Part shown: in pieces, positions 38,801 to 52,030 of the stretch | Numbering within the stretch: the stretch's first letter is position 1 | How the letters are laid out: every line of letters starts with the position of its first letter | From: Octopus sinensis | Lineage: Eukaryota | NCBI RefSeq assembly: GCF_006345805.1 | Contig: NC_043008.1 | Coordinates: 73,904,001-73,968,000, forward strand | DNA: 64,000 nt | Direction of reading: 5' to 3' | The notes under the pieces: model-generated | What the model was told of the DNA's origin: nothing | Database searches by the model: none | The model's input: the letters and a program-made list of their open reading frames with translations, nothing else | Translations under genes and position numbers: made by a program

Positions 38801-39044
38801 TTAATTACTTTTACTTCTCTTTTTCAATTCACCTTACTCTAATTAAATATTCTAAATTACTTTTTCCTTTGATATATACCTGCTAACTCGGAAGCCTACT
38901 ACAAGTCCCTAGCTCCAGCCTCAGCCGTGAGCTTGAAACCTAACGAATGACCAATTATAGCACTTACGCATTTTATCTATTAGTTTAGATCAACAGTAAA
39001 CTAAACCCTCATATTATATATATATGTCTGTGTATATGTGTGTT

Positions 39045-39093
<49 letters not shown>

Positions 39094-39105
39094 TCGCTGT
39101 GTGTA

Positions 39106-39140
<35 letters not shown>

Positions 39141-39564
39141 AAAAATGAGTAATATAGAGTATCACAGGGGGAAGCAGAGAGAGTGATATGTAGCTAAGTA
39201 TAGAAAACGCAGGTAAAGTTAGAGAACCCTATTTTCATGCAAGAGAATATATTTGAAATAACATTTCCTTTTCAACCAATTATTTTGATTTTTATTGACG
39301 TAAAATATCAAAAGAAAATTTTTCAGGTTTGCAAGCATTTTAACATTACGTGCAATATTTCATAACGACATACTTAATAGAAGCAATGTGGCTTACTGAC
39401 TTTAAGTTCAAAGTAATTAAGCTTATATCTTGCAAGTTGTGTTCTTTACTTTGATGGAAACACATTAACATATCATTACTACTTCAGTCATGGTGCATAG
39501 AGTTTGTTCTTTACCTCATTGTCTTCATGGAGACATTCCAAATGTACGTGAATGTGCTTACCAC

Positions 39565-39574
39565 TATCTATATA

Positions 39575-39666
<92 letters not shown>

Positions 39667-39667
39667 A

Positions 39668-39719
<52 letters not shown>

Positions 39720-39752
39720 GTCTATGTATCTATCTATCTATCTATCTATATA

Positions 39753-39791
<39 letters not shown>

Positions 39792-39855
39792 GTCTGTCTG
39801 TCCGTCCATATATCTATTTATCTATATGTCTATCTATCTATATATATATATACAC
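39565..39855. repeat. (TATC)n-(TA)n compound microsatellite
   Basis: Direct reading; source of the YLSI-repeat ORFs. Confidence 0.95.
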
Positions 39856-39994
39856 ACAGAGACACAGAGTGTGTTGAGTAAATTGTCGCCACTTTATATT
39901 TTTAATTTCCTGCATGTGTTTTGTTTGCTTTTTGATCTTGTCGACTACACAGTATAGTAGGGTCAGTTGGGCAACGTCTCTGAGAAGAACAGCA

Positions 39995-40749
39995 GGTATG
40001 ACTCAATGCACTCTGCCAAATGTTTCGAAATGACATGCAGTACTGCATGGCATTCCCACCGGAAGCTCCGATGCAAACATTTTAGAGTGTATGGGTTTCA
40101 ATTTGAGGGCAAGGCATTCTGAGGACATGTACCGAGAGTGATAAAAATCAAGCATCCGGTCAACATCATGGTGTTTGGAGTGATCACTAGTGATGCCGAC
40201 GTTATGCCTCCATTCATCTTCCCTCACGGCCTCAAACTCAACACGGAGGCCTACGCCAAGTGCCTGGAAGATGTAGCGCTGCCCTATGTGAAGAGGGTGG
40301 CTGCTGGAAGACCCTATATCTGGCAACAGGACCCTGCGCAATGACACACAATCAGGAGAACGCAGTCATAGCTGTGAAACCATTTCTGCGACCATATCAC
40401 CTCTAACATCTGGCTACCTAACTCCCCAGACTGCAACTTCCTTCATTATTATGTGTGGGGTGCAGTTGAGCGAGAGGCCAGCAAAACTCCTTGTAACACC
40501 AAAGATGAACCGAAGGCAAGGGTTATTGCAGCATTCAATAACATCAACAAGGAGACCGCCTAGAAGAGTTGCAGAAGATTACAAAGTCTTCTTGAGGCCG
40601 TGGTTGAAGCCAAGTGCGATGTTATTGAAAAAGAAATTTACTCTTTAGTATTTCTAGATATTTTTTGTAATTTTGGTGGCAAATATACCTGTTAAAATTG
40701 AGATGTCAGTGTTATTTTTATTTTAGATGACAGTTTATTCACCGCACCT

Positions 40750-40751
<2 letters not shown>
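39995..40751 (+). mobile_element. Internally deleted maT/DD37D-type Tc1/mariner transposon
   Basis: IKHPVNIMVFGVITSDADVMPPFIFPHGLKLNTEAY...RPYIWQQD, NIWLPNSPDCN...YVWGAVERE, ...LEAVVEAK. The right TIR ends caccgcaccttg|ta. Confidence 0.9.
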
Positions 40752-40805
<54 letters not shown>

Positions 40806-42147
40806 CGCGCGAACACACACACGCACACTCACACACACATCCAATTGAGGGATTGGAACGCATGCAAGCTACATTTCTTAGCTAGCTGATCCGTTGACGG
40901 AATAATTACACAACCAAGAGTGCTAAACTTAGTTAGTCATCAATCCGCGATTACCTTAATTAATTGTCGTTTGAAATTTCCAAGGTAACTTACCACAGAT
41001 ATAAATTGAAAGGAAGATCGAGGCCAGTAGTGTAGCATCAAAAAGAAATACAATGGTTTTGCAGTACAAAAGAGAAGCATGAGGTCAAAAATGTGGGAGT
41101 GAGAGTCGTATAGAGATGATAAGAATGAAGAGAAAGAGAGCCGAGTGAAAGGGGTGGGATAGGAGCAAATAGTCCCCTTTTTTAAGGGAAAAAGATATAG
41201 CTGTCATAAATATTAAACTGAGATAGGTGAACGTAAAGTCTGGCCGGCGAATAATCGGCAGCGTTGGTACTGCTGTCCATTATTCTACGTTACCGTACAT
41301 GTACACATATACAGCCATCCTCCCACGCACATAAACACATACACACTTCACACCCGTAGTATCAACAGGCATAGTCGCGCGCGCGGTCACACGCATACAC
41401 GCAACACAATGTCACATGTCATGGTCCAAGCGCGCTTTTATAGTATGTAGACACCACTTTGTATGTGTGTACACAAATATGCCTGAATTCCCAAAGACGC
41501 ATGCGCGCATCCATGGTCATGAACATCCACATAAACATACGCACGTCTACATATATCACTACCTATATATACGAAAGGTAGTTGCGCGTATGTACATGTA
41601 CACCTACATGCATGTATACTATGACGTGGCCTGATGAGTCAGCAGTGCCAGCGCCGCTAATTATCCGCAAAGAGATCTAACTTAGGAGAAAGCTAATCTT
41701 TATCTTCACCCATCTCATTTTAAAATACTTGAGTTGTGAGTCAGAAGGTAGAAATACCAGGTACAATAAATCAAATCTTTTTCTTGTGCGAAATATGGAG
41801 CAAATTATTTCTCGAGGTCACGATGGCAATAGAATGATATGCGACGAGCTAAAAGATTCTTGTAATTAAGTCATGAACTTAAAAGCTCTGCTGACAACTT
41901 TGCGAGTCCTAACTTTATCAAAAAGATAATTTAATCCTGTTATTCACTCTGCTTCACTAATTGAGGTTTTCCACCTTCACTACTATTGAAATCTTCATAC
42001 TTATTGCTATTTCTGCCTTCTGATTCAGCACTCAAGCATATGCTTTCAAGGTTTCTTGGTGGTGATGGGACTGAACATTTGGTCCATGGCCAATAGGTCG
42101 CAATGGAGATGAGAGATTTGTATGTGTATATCCTTTTTACAGTCATT

Positions 42148-43400
42148 TGACTGCGGCTTGCTGGAGCACCACCTAGAAAGGTTTTAGTCGAACAGAATGA
42201 AACCGGGACTTATTACTTTTTTAAGCCAGGTTCTTATACTATCGGACTGTTTTGCTGAATCGCTACGATGCAGAGTACGTAAACATCCCACCACCGGATG
42301 TCAAGCGGTGATGGGGGACAAACAGACACAAATACACAAACGCACACACACACATATATACGAGGTGGTATCAACAAGTTCCCAAAGTAATTCTGTAGCG
42401 CGCCAACAGATGACAGCACATGATTGCGTGCGCAGTGAGAGCAAGCAGTCACCTTCATGGGACTGTGCCGAGTGACATTGCTGTGTTTACTACGCAAGTT
42501 GTGAATTGTGTATTTTTGTGATCACATATATGCCGTAGTCTGGAATGTTTGCCATGGACAGGAAAGTGGTGGAAAGAGCGTACCTGGAATTTTATGGAAA
42601 ACTTGGGAAATCTGCTAGAGAAACATTGAGTAGGATACATTAAAATTACTGCCACCAAGCAATGGGTCGTACGCAATGTTTCAAGTGGCACAGGGGCTGC
42701 AAAATCGGAAGAACACCCCTGGAAGACGATGAGCGATCTAGAAAACCTTCCACGAACGTGAACCCCCCGGAATTGTGGAGAAAATTCATCAGCTTGTGCA
42801 TGAAGATCGTCGGCAAACAATCAACGACTTTGTTGATGTTTTTTGTCTGTCGTATGAATCCGTGCAGGCAATCCTAACTTCTGGATTCTTCACGACAATA
42901 ATGTACCCAGTCATCGAGCCCTACTCACTTGTGAGGTTCTCGCCAAAAACATTGTATCGTTTCCGCATCCACCCTATTCGCAAGGTTTAGCACCTGCGGA
43001 CTTCTATCTCTTTGTCACGAAGAAAATACAGCACAAAAGTCATCGTTTTAGTAGTGGTGTCAAGATCAAGACCTAATCGCAGAAGGTCCTTGACTCGCTT
43101 ACGGAGAACTATTTTTGGCCGGATACCAAAAGTGGAAGGAACGCTGGAACCGATGAATTGCTGCACAGCGTGTTTATTTCGAAGTAGATGATATTGATCA
43201 TAACTAGTCCGGGAGCTTTTTGATATCACCTCGTATATACAACGGGCTTCTTTCAGCTTACTTCTACCAAATTCACTCACAAGGTTTTGGTCGGCCAGAG
43301 ACTATAGCAGAAGACACTAAATGAAGGAGCCATGCAGTGGCACTGAACGCAGGATCATTTGGTCGAAAATCAAGTTTCTTATTACAAAGCCATGGCTACA
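42148..43400 (-). mobile_element. tRNA-headed SINE split by a mariner insertion in its (TA)/(CA) tract
   Basis: Head at 43236-43400 (gggcttctttcag...caaattcactcacaagg...gaagacact...gcagtggcactgaac on the plus strand); body at 42148-42360. Confidence 0.75.
42361..43233 (+). mobile_element. 873-bp internally deleted mariner with both TIRs and TA duplication
   Basis: TIRs cgaggtggtatcaacaagttccc / gggagctttttgatatcacctcg. Transposase remnants include MGRTQCFKWH...GRTPLEDDERSRKPST, HEDRRQTINDF and HPPYSQGLAPADFYLF. Confidence 0.9.
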
Positions 43401-43412
43401 TACACACACACA

Positions 43413-44658
43413 CACACACATGGCAGAAGTAAATAGACATCCTATAAAGCATGGGTTTGTGTTTTTTTTCCCTTGCAAAGGTGTATATTTCTTATTAATT
43501 GATTTGTTAATGTTTCAGGTTCTATATAAAACTTATTTTATTTTGCTACGTACGAAAAAAACCTTGGAACTGACTAAATTACAAAGAGGCTGTATTGTGG
43601 GTCAATCTGAAGGTGGGCTTCGCGTAAACTCGCAGAAAACCTTGGGATCCGGCTTCTTACACTTAATAGAGTGATTGTGCTATTCACCAGAGAGGGTAAG
43701 GAGTGCAGATCACATCGCCTAGGTCGACCAGAGCCCCCTGACAGGATCCTTCTCTTTGTTAAGAAAAGTGTGGAGGATACTCCTCGTTGTAAGGCCTCTG
43801 ACATAGCAAAACAGGTTAATGTCAGTCTCAGAACAGCTGTTAGTTACTTCCACAATCTTGGCTACTATAGTAGAGCAACAAGAAGGAACCCACTTCTTCG
43901 ACTAGCTAATATCAAGCAAAGAAAAGATAGGGCCATTGAGACGGTGGAGAGGACACTAGCATTTTGTGACGCTGTCATTATATGTAGTGTTCAGGTTTGT
44001 TGTATTTTCTGACAGTGGTCGAGTGTGGGTCTAGAGACTCTGTGATCAAGAAATTGAGATGAAAAGATTGCAGCCAACAATGAAACACAGAGGCTATTCT
44101 ATCGTGATCTAGAGAGCAGTTTTGAGCAAATTGTCGATCAGAGCTGTTGGCGTGTGAGGGAAATATAAACTCATAAATAGGTGCCCATACTGCAGAAATG
44201 ACTCCTCCGAATCTTCCCTAGTGGTGAAATGATTGAAGAAGACTCTTCATTTATGGAAGATGAGGCTCCTTGTCACGTGGCTGAGAAGACTCAAGATTGT
44301 TTGGAAGAAAACGGCATTAAAAAGCTTCCATGACAAAGCCACTTACCAGATGTAAACCCCTTTGAACACTTCTGAGGTATAATTGACAGGACACTTAGTA
44401 AAAAGAACAAAAAAGCATCTTCAAAACCTGATCTTTTGAGATCAATGCATAAAACTTGGCAAGAAATTCTTCAAGAGAATAATCGTTATTTGATTAGCAG
44501 CATTCTTAGTAGGGTCCTTGAATTGAAAAATGCAAAGAGCATGTCTACTGAATATTAGATATTCTCATTATAATAATAAATAATTTGAATATTTAATTTC
44601 AGATTTAAATACATTTGAACGATTATAAATGATTCTATTTACTTCTGACCTGTCTGTG
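43413..44658 (+). mobile_element. Near full-length decayed Tc1 (DD34E) transposon
   Basis: TIRs share cagaagtaaataga (43424-37) / tctatttacttctg (44634-47). The transposase at ~43545-44557 includes ELTKLQRGCIVGQSEGG, GYYSRATRRNPLLR, FSDSGRVWV, FMEDEAPCHV and PDVNPFEH. Confidence 0.88.
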
Positions 44659-44926
44659 TAGGTTTGTGTGTGTGTGTGTGTGGCTGTGTGGGTGTTTGGT
44701 GGGTGTGTCTAAAATATATGTAAGCCCACGTAAATTTATCACAAGTTATTCTATGTATCCGTAGGACTGTATGTAGATGTTTTCTTTCTTTTAGCTACCA
44801 AATTCTCAACAATAGATGAAGACACGTCTGTGGTTGAGAAACAGGTCTCTTTCATTCGAATTTAGTTAAGATTACTGGAGTGTAAAAGAATGTGTATGTG
44901 TGTGTGAGTGTGTGCGTGGGAGTGTT

Positions 44927-44980
<54 letters not shown>

Positions 44981-46982
44981 CTCATTTACTTTTAAAAAAT
45001 TGAAGACTTTCTGTATGGAAGGGACAAGTTTATAACAACGCTGCATCGTTAGGACGTAGATTACAAAATCAATGTCGCATAATGAACTTAAGAAAAGCTT
45101 TACATATCTTTACTATTCCGTTTATAGATTATATTTATCATGTACGTGTCAGTTGGTGATTTCGTTTTCTGCAAAACCTACTTTTGCAAATTCACAATGA
45201 AGCATTTATCAACGATACCAAGTGCTCCAAATGTTATTGGTATAAATGTGAATTTATAATCCGGGTATAAATGACAAATATTTCAAAGCAGCTATCTGAA
45301 GTTATCCTTTTTCTCTTAGCTTTACTAAGAGATATTCCCATTAGAAGAGCAGCTGACCTTTATGACGGTAAATAATGTTTGCTTCCCTGTCCCAAACACA
45401 TATAAGCAGCCCGGTATGTTTGTATTTGCTAGAAGTTTCAATGAGAACGTTCCCCTAATAATCCTTGCGTTTGTTCGTATTTATGTAAGTATGTATGTAT
45501 GCATGTATGTATGTATGTATGTATGTTAGTATGTATTATGTATGGATGGATGGATGTACGTACGTATATATTAAGGAATGATCGTATGTATGCTTGTATC
45601 GATGTATGAATCTTTCTATGTGTGTGTATGTAATCCAGTGATGTCAGTGTGCAACAGAGCATACCTAAGTATGCGCCTAGATACTTACGTTTAGGCGTGT
45701 TTATCTTTATGATAGTGACATGTTCACATTTTATCGAAATGTTGCATGAGAGAAATAACATTCCTCATTTCAATTCCTATGAAAGCGGCAGCAGATCTAT
45801 ATCGGAATTCGTGCAATTAGTAACAAGCGCTTTTGTGAGTTATAGATGAAGATCAAGAAGTAACATCTTATATGATATTTAACAGTCTAGAACACATATC
45901 AGGATACATGGAATTATAAGGACCATAGAGCCTTCAATTATTTTGAAATCTGTTGCATTCTGTATTTGCTCAGTATTGTTGATTTTAGTCTTACAAGTGA
46001 AGATATTGTGTGTGGCTGAGGAGTACGTAGCCCATTCTTTCAAAGACAAAATCTTTTACTAGATTCGTATCTCTCTCGGTTGCTACGACGTGAACGTCAC
46101 TTTCAAAATAACAAACAAACATGTATATAATTATACGCATCTCTCTCACGTAAAACGTTAGTATAATTTGAGTGAAAAGAGAAATATTTCAGCTTAGTAG
46201 AAGAAATTAAAACTAGAGAAAATTAAGACGGGAACGCGAAGTGGTGTGGCAGAAATGGTGGAGAAACTGAATAAATGATTTACTCAGTATGTAATTATTT
46301 TACTTAAATTCTATGTAAGAATCTCTGCGAGAGAACACAATTTTTACAAGAAATAAAACCAGTAAAGAAAAAAATAAGGTGTTAATTGTCTATCATTTTA
46401 TACAAGAATAAAGGAAAAATTAATTTACTTTATTATTTTTCACTTTCCCATTTATTTCAAAGATTCCAACATGAATCGTGGTGCATCCAGTCACGGAACA
46501 CTCCGAGTGATTGTACGGTTTGTGGGGACCATTAGCTGGAATAGTCTCCAGAGGTGTGTCTCATCTCTGCCAAACATTGGAAAACGGAGCCGAAATAGAA
46601 CATTACACTCTCAACAAATTTCATTTCATATATAAACATCAAGATAATATGCTGGGCTGTAATATGGCACATCGGGTTTACTAGAGTCAGTCTCATCAAT
46701 TCACATTAACAAAATGCACATTTTTACGTACGTTCACACACTCACGATCTCATGTGTGCAATGTATCACATGCATACACACACTATATATGCGTCTTAGA
46801 AGAAGGATATATACATACGTATTATATGGGTGAGTGCACGCATACACATATACACATGCATAAGGGTGTGTTTTGCGTGTATGTTACATATAAATATATA
46901 AATACGTGTATATATATATATAGTACATATGCACATATTTAACATACTTATATTTATATATACATATATATGTATGTATATA

Positions 46983-47042
<60 letters not shown>

Positions 47043-47480
47043 CTTATATATATGCACACGTGCATGTGCTTTATAATAAATGCACATCTATGATAGTATC
47101 GAAACACGTAAGCACACGCATACACACACATACTCAAACATACACAAACCCATATACACATGCACACACACACACACACATGTTAATTCATAAAGCAATT
47201 GTGCCACAATTGTCCCACCGTCTAACAACATGTAAGATTGGAAATGCTTTTAAGTCGGATCTTTACAATTTACAATCGTTTCAAAGACTTCGCTTCTAAA
47301 AGAGAAGTCTGCAGAGATAAGTTGCTTTGTATTTGACATTCAATGCTGGATGTTTTATCTGCTTTACATCCTCCTGTTTATTGTGTTGGCCATCAATCCT
47401 TCACTTCTCTGTTTATCCTGTTGGAAATAACACCCTTATTGTAATAACCCGTTTGATCCTTACATTCTCTGGTTCTGCTT

Positions 47481-47545
<65 letters not shown>

Positions 47546-47879
47546 TATATATATATATATATATATACAAATGGAAACATACATACGTATGTGTGTATGT
47601 ATATGTGTTTGCGTGAGAATGCATATATGTTCAAATGTGTATATATGTGCGCGCGTGTGTGTGAGTTTATGTATATATATGTGTGTGCATATTCAAATAT
47701 ATATATATATATATATGTACAGAAATATATGTCTTTGTGTTTCTGTGAATATACATATGAATATGTATATTACATGAATATCTACAAATATCCAACTATT
47801 TGTCCCTTTATCTGTCTATGTATATCTGTATCTGTTTACATATGGACATATTATATATATAATCAATTAAAAAAGCATA

Positions 47880-49205
47880 GATAAAGAAAAAGAAAAGAAC
47901 AAACAAACATGTGGACTAGCACAAGCAATGTATTAATAAGACGCTGAGAGAAGAAAAAGAGTAGTAGCTTTACATTTCGAGCATAGTTCTTCTTCGGAAT
48001 CAGGAAAAACAGGAACGTCCAAGACGAAGGAGGAAAATCATCAATCACGTGTGGTTGCATTTCTGAGTGACCGGAAGTAGAAGGATTGGAGAGAAGGTGC
48101 TTTCTGGGACAGGAAATTGTGAAAATAGTCATTATTTGTATGTGTGTGTGTGTGGTAGTGTATGATGTATGGTAACGTGTGTGTGGCAGTAACTGTGTTA
48201 AGCTCTGTGGCTAGTAGTGTGTGTGCATATAGCGGTAACTGTATGTGTGTGCGTTTGGTGCGTGTGTGGTGTTAACTCTGTGTGTGTGAGTTTGTGAATG
48301 CGGACGTAGTGTGTTTGTGTGTGTGTGTAGTTGGGAGGGACAATAGTGATTGAGAAGCAGAGACAGTCTGAAGTGGATGTAAGAATGGGTGTGTGTGGCT
48401 GAGTGTGTTTATGTGTTGGCATGTGTGCCAACACATACATACACATTCCCACATGAAATGGGAATATGTATATGTGTGTGTACATGTGCATGGGTGCGCG
48501 TGTGGGGGTGATGCATTTGTGTCTTTGTGGGTATAAGTGTGTGCGGAATTGTATGTATCTGCGTGTATGTGTGCATGTGTGTTTGTGAGTGCGTTGGTGT
48601 GGCCAAGTGTGTGGGTATTATGTGCGCAGGCATGTGTGTGGGTGTGTGGGTGTGGTTTGTGGTATAAGAATATAAAAACAATAATACAATTAAATAGTGA
48701 AAATTAAATATAAAATAAATGATGCAAATAATACAAATATGTAATGAAAACTAGTAATAATAAAAGAAATTAATAAATAAAAGTGTACAAATCACTAACA
48801 GAAAAAAATTCGATAACAGAAATAGAATCATTAACAGAAATAAATAAGATTTATTAAGAATTTATTAAAAATCTATAAAAAGAAATGCGCGAATAAAAAT
48901 GAGTAAAGTGTGTGTGAGGTAAGTCGCAGAAGGAAGGAGTTTGTGTGGATTCCGAAAGGAGTTTCAGTACGTAGAGTGAAAATGCAACACTGTTTCAGGC
49001 GGAGTGTAGAGTTGGTGGATCCGTGGTGTAGGGCAAAGCCGAAGACGGTGAGATCTGAGGTTGAGTGGTCGGTCAAGCGAAAATGACGAGAGACGGGGTG
49101 TTCTTACGTAGATGAACGTCTCATAGGTGATCGGTGAATCGGTCGGTCAACCGGCGGCCCGTCTAATCAATAAAAATGTTATTGCAAAGATTGCACTGAT
49201 GCATT
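47880..49205 (-). mobile_element. Penelope-like element copy 2 (GIY-YIG end, T-rich spacer, CA array, hammerhead remnant)
   Basis: Minus strand CNLCNNIFID*TGRRLTDRFTDHL...HSTSDLTVFGFALHHGSTNSTLRLKQ..IFTLRTETPFGI matches copy 1. 47965-48090 aligns with 1895-2025. Confidence 0.85.
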
Positions 49206-49247
49206 ATCTATCTATCTATCTATCTATCATCTATCTATCTATCTATC

Positions 49248-49331
<84 letters not shown>

Positions 49332-49450
49332 ATCTATCTATCTATCTGTCTATGTATGTATGTATGTATCTATCTATCTATCTATCTGTCTATCTATCTG
49401 TCTATCTATCTATATATATATCTATCTATCTGTCTATCTGTCTGTCTCTT

Positions 49451-49487
<37 letters not shown>

Positions 49488-49510
49488 ATATATATATATA
49501 TATATATACA
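49205..49510. repeat. (TATC)n-(TC)n-(TA)n compound microsatellite
   Basis: Direct reading. Confidence 0.95.
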
Positions 49511-50072
49511 CATGCTTCAAGTGACAAAATTCACCCACAAGGCATTAGTTGCCACGGTGCTATATTAGAAAACTTTTGCAGAAGATGACGTGCATAAAGA
49601 ATGAAGTCGAAACCATGTGTTTGCAAAGTAGCGTTCTTTATTACACTGCCATGCCAGTGCTTACATGTATATAAATACACACATTCTCTCTTCCCCCCTC
49701 TCTCTCTCACACAGAAACAAACACACAAGCACCCTCATTTTGCATGTTTACTTAATAAGTATATTCCAGAAGTTTAGATACTTCTCTAGGAGAAGCAGTG
49801 ATAACTGGCCAAGAGTGCTGCAATTTTAGTACAGTATATCATCACTATACAGTAAATGAGATGACCTGACAACTAATGTTATTTCAGATTGAAGGATACA
49901 ATTATAAAAGCACTTTGGACACATCCTACTAAACATTCCTTGTCAGATCAGACTACTTTGCAGAATGCTGTCGAGACCTGAAGACAATTCATAAGATCAA
50001 TATGCAATTAAGTTTTGTGTTAAACTAGGCAAAACCTCTACAGAAACATGAAATACTACAAATTTCTAATAT

Positions 50073-50262
50073 ACTGGTTTCAAATTTCGGAGGAGGGAGA
50101 AAGTTGATTACATCGACTCCAGTACTCAACTGGTAGTTATTTTATCGTCTTCAAGTGGATGAAAGGCGGAGTTTGAACCACGGCGGAGTTTGAACTCAGA
50201 ACGCCAAAACGAACAAAATGCCGCTAAGCATTTTGCCCGGACTTTGCCAGCTAACCACCTTA
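50073..50262 (+). mobile_element. SINE copy, same family
   Basis: aagttgattacatcgactccagtactcaactggtagttattttatcg...ggatgaaaggc...ggcggagtttgaactcagaacg. Confidence 0.8.
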
Positions 50263-50324
50263 GATGTCTTATATATTAACTTGTATAAGCCAAACATCTG
50301 GTTTTAACAGAGTATCTACGCAAG

Positions 50325-50420
50325 AATAATGCACCAATTAACACTCCCAGCCTGGTAACCAATTACTTGATAGAAATGGGCATCAAAATTGTCGCTCACC
50401 CTCCCTACACTACAGACCTA
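50325..50420 (+). pseudogene. Mariner catalytic-domain fragment
   Basis: NAP....SLVTNYLIEMGIKIVAHPPYTTDL, matching mariner DNAPxH...PHPPYSPDL. Confidence 0.6.
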
Positions 50421-50989
50421 GTAACAGATTTATATAAACTTCAAAAACTTAAATAAAATATATCTCATACCGTCTTCGAATTATGTTTATTTGATAAGAA
50501 ATTTTTTAAAATAAATATTTGGTAGGATTTCTTAATCAAAATACATTATGGCATTTCGTTTCATTTGCTTTCCAAAATGTTTGTCTTTCTTACGACGTTT
50601 TTGTTACATAATAGCCGTCTATTCATATTATTTAGTTTCGACTGATATCTGTTATCAATTAATTAAATCTAACCACAATTCTCATTAACCTGAAGAGGAG
50701 ATTATTTTGGAATTACTAAAATAAATTCAAATTTGAAAGGCTTTGTCAAAACAATGTAAAGAGAAAATTTACATACATTTTAAATGAATCCTACTTTGGG
50801 GTTAAACAAATGTGATTAATTAAAGAATACTTTGAAAAGTGAATGAAGTAAGCGTTCTTATTTCACTATAGTGAATGTAATAAATTGACGTATGCTGTAC
50901 AATGTAAAAAATATATTTTGTACTATATCGTGATGAGAACGAGGGCAAGGAAGAAGAGAAGAGGTAGAAGGAATCAACACATACAACTG

Positions 50990-51067
50990 TAACGGCTACT
51001 GCTACTACTGCTGCTGTTGCTGTTGCTGCTACTATTATGACTACTACTACTACTACTAATAATAATA

Positions 51068-51117
<50 letters not shown>

Positions 51118-51118
51118 A

Positions 51119-51198
<80 letters not shown>

Positions 51199-51210
51199 AA
51201 GAAGAAGAAC
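50990..51210. repeat. Compound trinucleotide array (CTA/CTG)n-(AAT)n-(GAT)n-(AAT)n-(AAG)n
   Basis: Direct reading; source of the poly-M/D/N/K/I/L ORFs. Confidence 0.95.
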
Positions 51211-51214
51211 TTTT

Positions 51215-52030
51215 ATCAGCCTCAGGGACATAGTTTGTCCGTCATCACAAGGGCAAACAGCAAATTTTGTGCGGATCTACGTAAGAAATGGGGAGAAAGA
51301 AACGGAAAAAGTGAAATGCAATAAAAGTATACATAGCGTACTAAGTATGTGATGATATGGATGATGCAATTCCCCTGAAACAAGAGAAAGTCCAATAAAG
51401 GAACGCCACAGGCCAAGGATTACTCTGATCACCAAAGGCGCGAGCCTTCTCTCATGTCCTCTAATCTACAGGCATATATTTAGAGTGGGACCATTCACTC
51501 TAACTATTTGTGCCACAGTGAGCCTTCGTTTCACAAATTCACTGGGAAGTAATACTCTTCTCTCTACCCTAACTTTTCTTTCCAAGCGGAACTTTATAAA
51601 ATCGATGAAAGCTTGATCAAAGAGGATGGTGTCTTTCTTCAATCCTATATCGCCACCTAAGCACTTTCAAAATAACCAATAGGTAAGAAAACATCACCTT
51701 CCGCGCCTTGTTAAAGGTGGTTAATGTGGGTGATCGTCACGATGCATTCGGTCGCCAGTCGGATACGTTGCACACGCAATAACCGCTGCTCGGCAAGACT
51801 CTAAATGTCAGCAATACTCGGACGTTGCACATAAGCACACACAACAGTATCGTCGTTCTGCACGATCTCGCACTCTCACACCGGACAGCGCTTATTATTA
51901 TAGGTCGACATTGCCTTTCACTCTTTGGGGTTCGATAAAATAATTTGTGGTTGATGTTTAAACACAATGGATGATTAGTGTCAATTTTCGCGAGCACTTT
52001 GGCCAAAAGTCTTAAGCTCTGTATTCAGCG
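51215..52030 (-). mobile_element. Tx1/L1-clade LINE remnant (RT fragment, CCHC-type C-terminus, 3' UTR)
   Basis: Minus strand LNTELK.LAKVLAK (~52020), then a SINE fragment, then VQNDDTVVCAYVQRPSIAD...FIKFRLERKVRVERRVLLPSEFVKR...NGPTLNICL* (stop at ~51466). Confidence 0.6.

Noticed and set aside
39490-39957. YLSI-repeat and poly-IY ORFs (also 9634-10031, 37155-37451, 46796-47884, 49127-49588, 56682-57136, 58644-59076)
   Set aside because: They are products of (TATC)n and (TA)n microsatellites.
50974-51352. Poly-M/D/N/K/I/L/R ORFs
   Set aside because: They are trinucleotide microsatellite translations.
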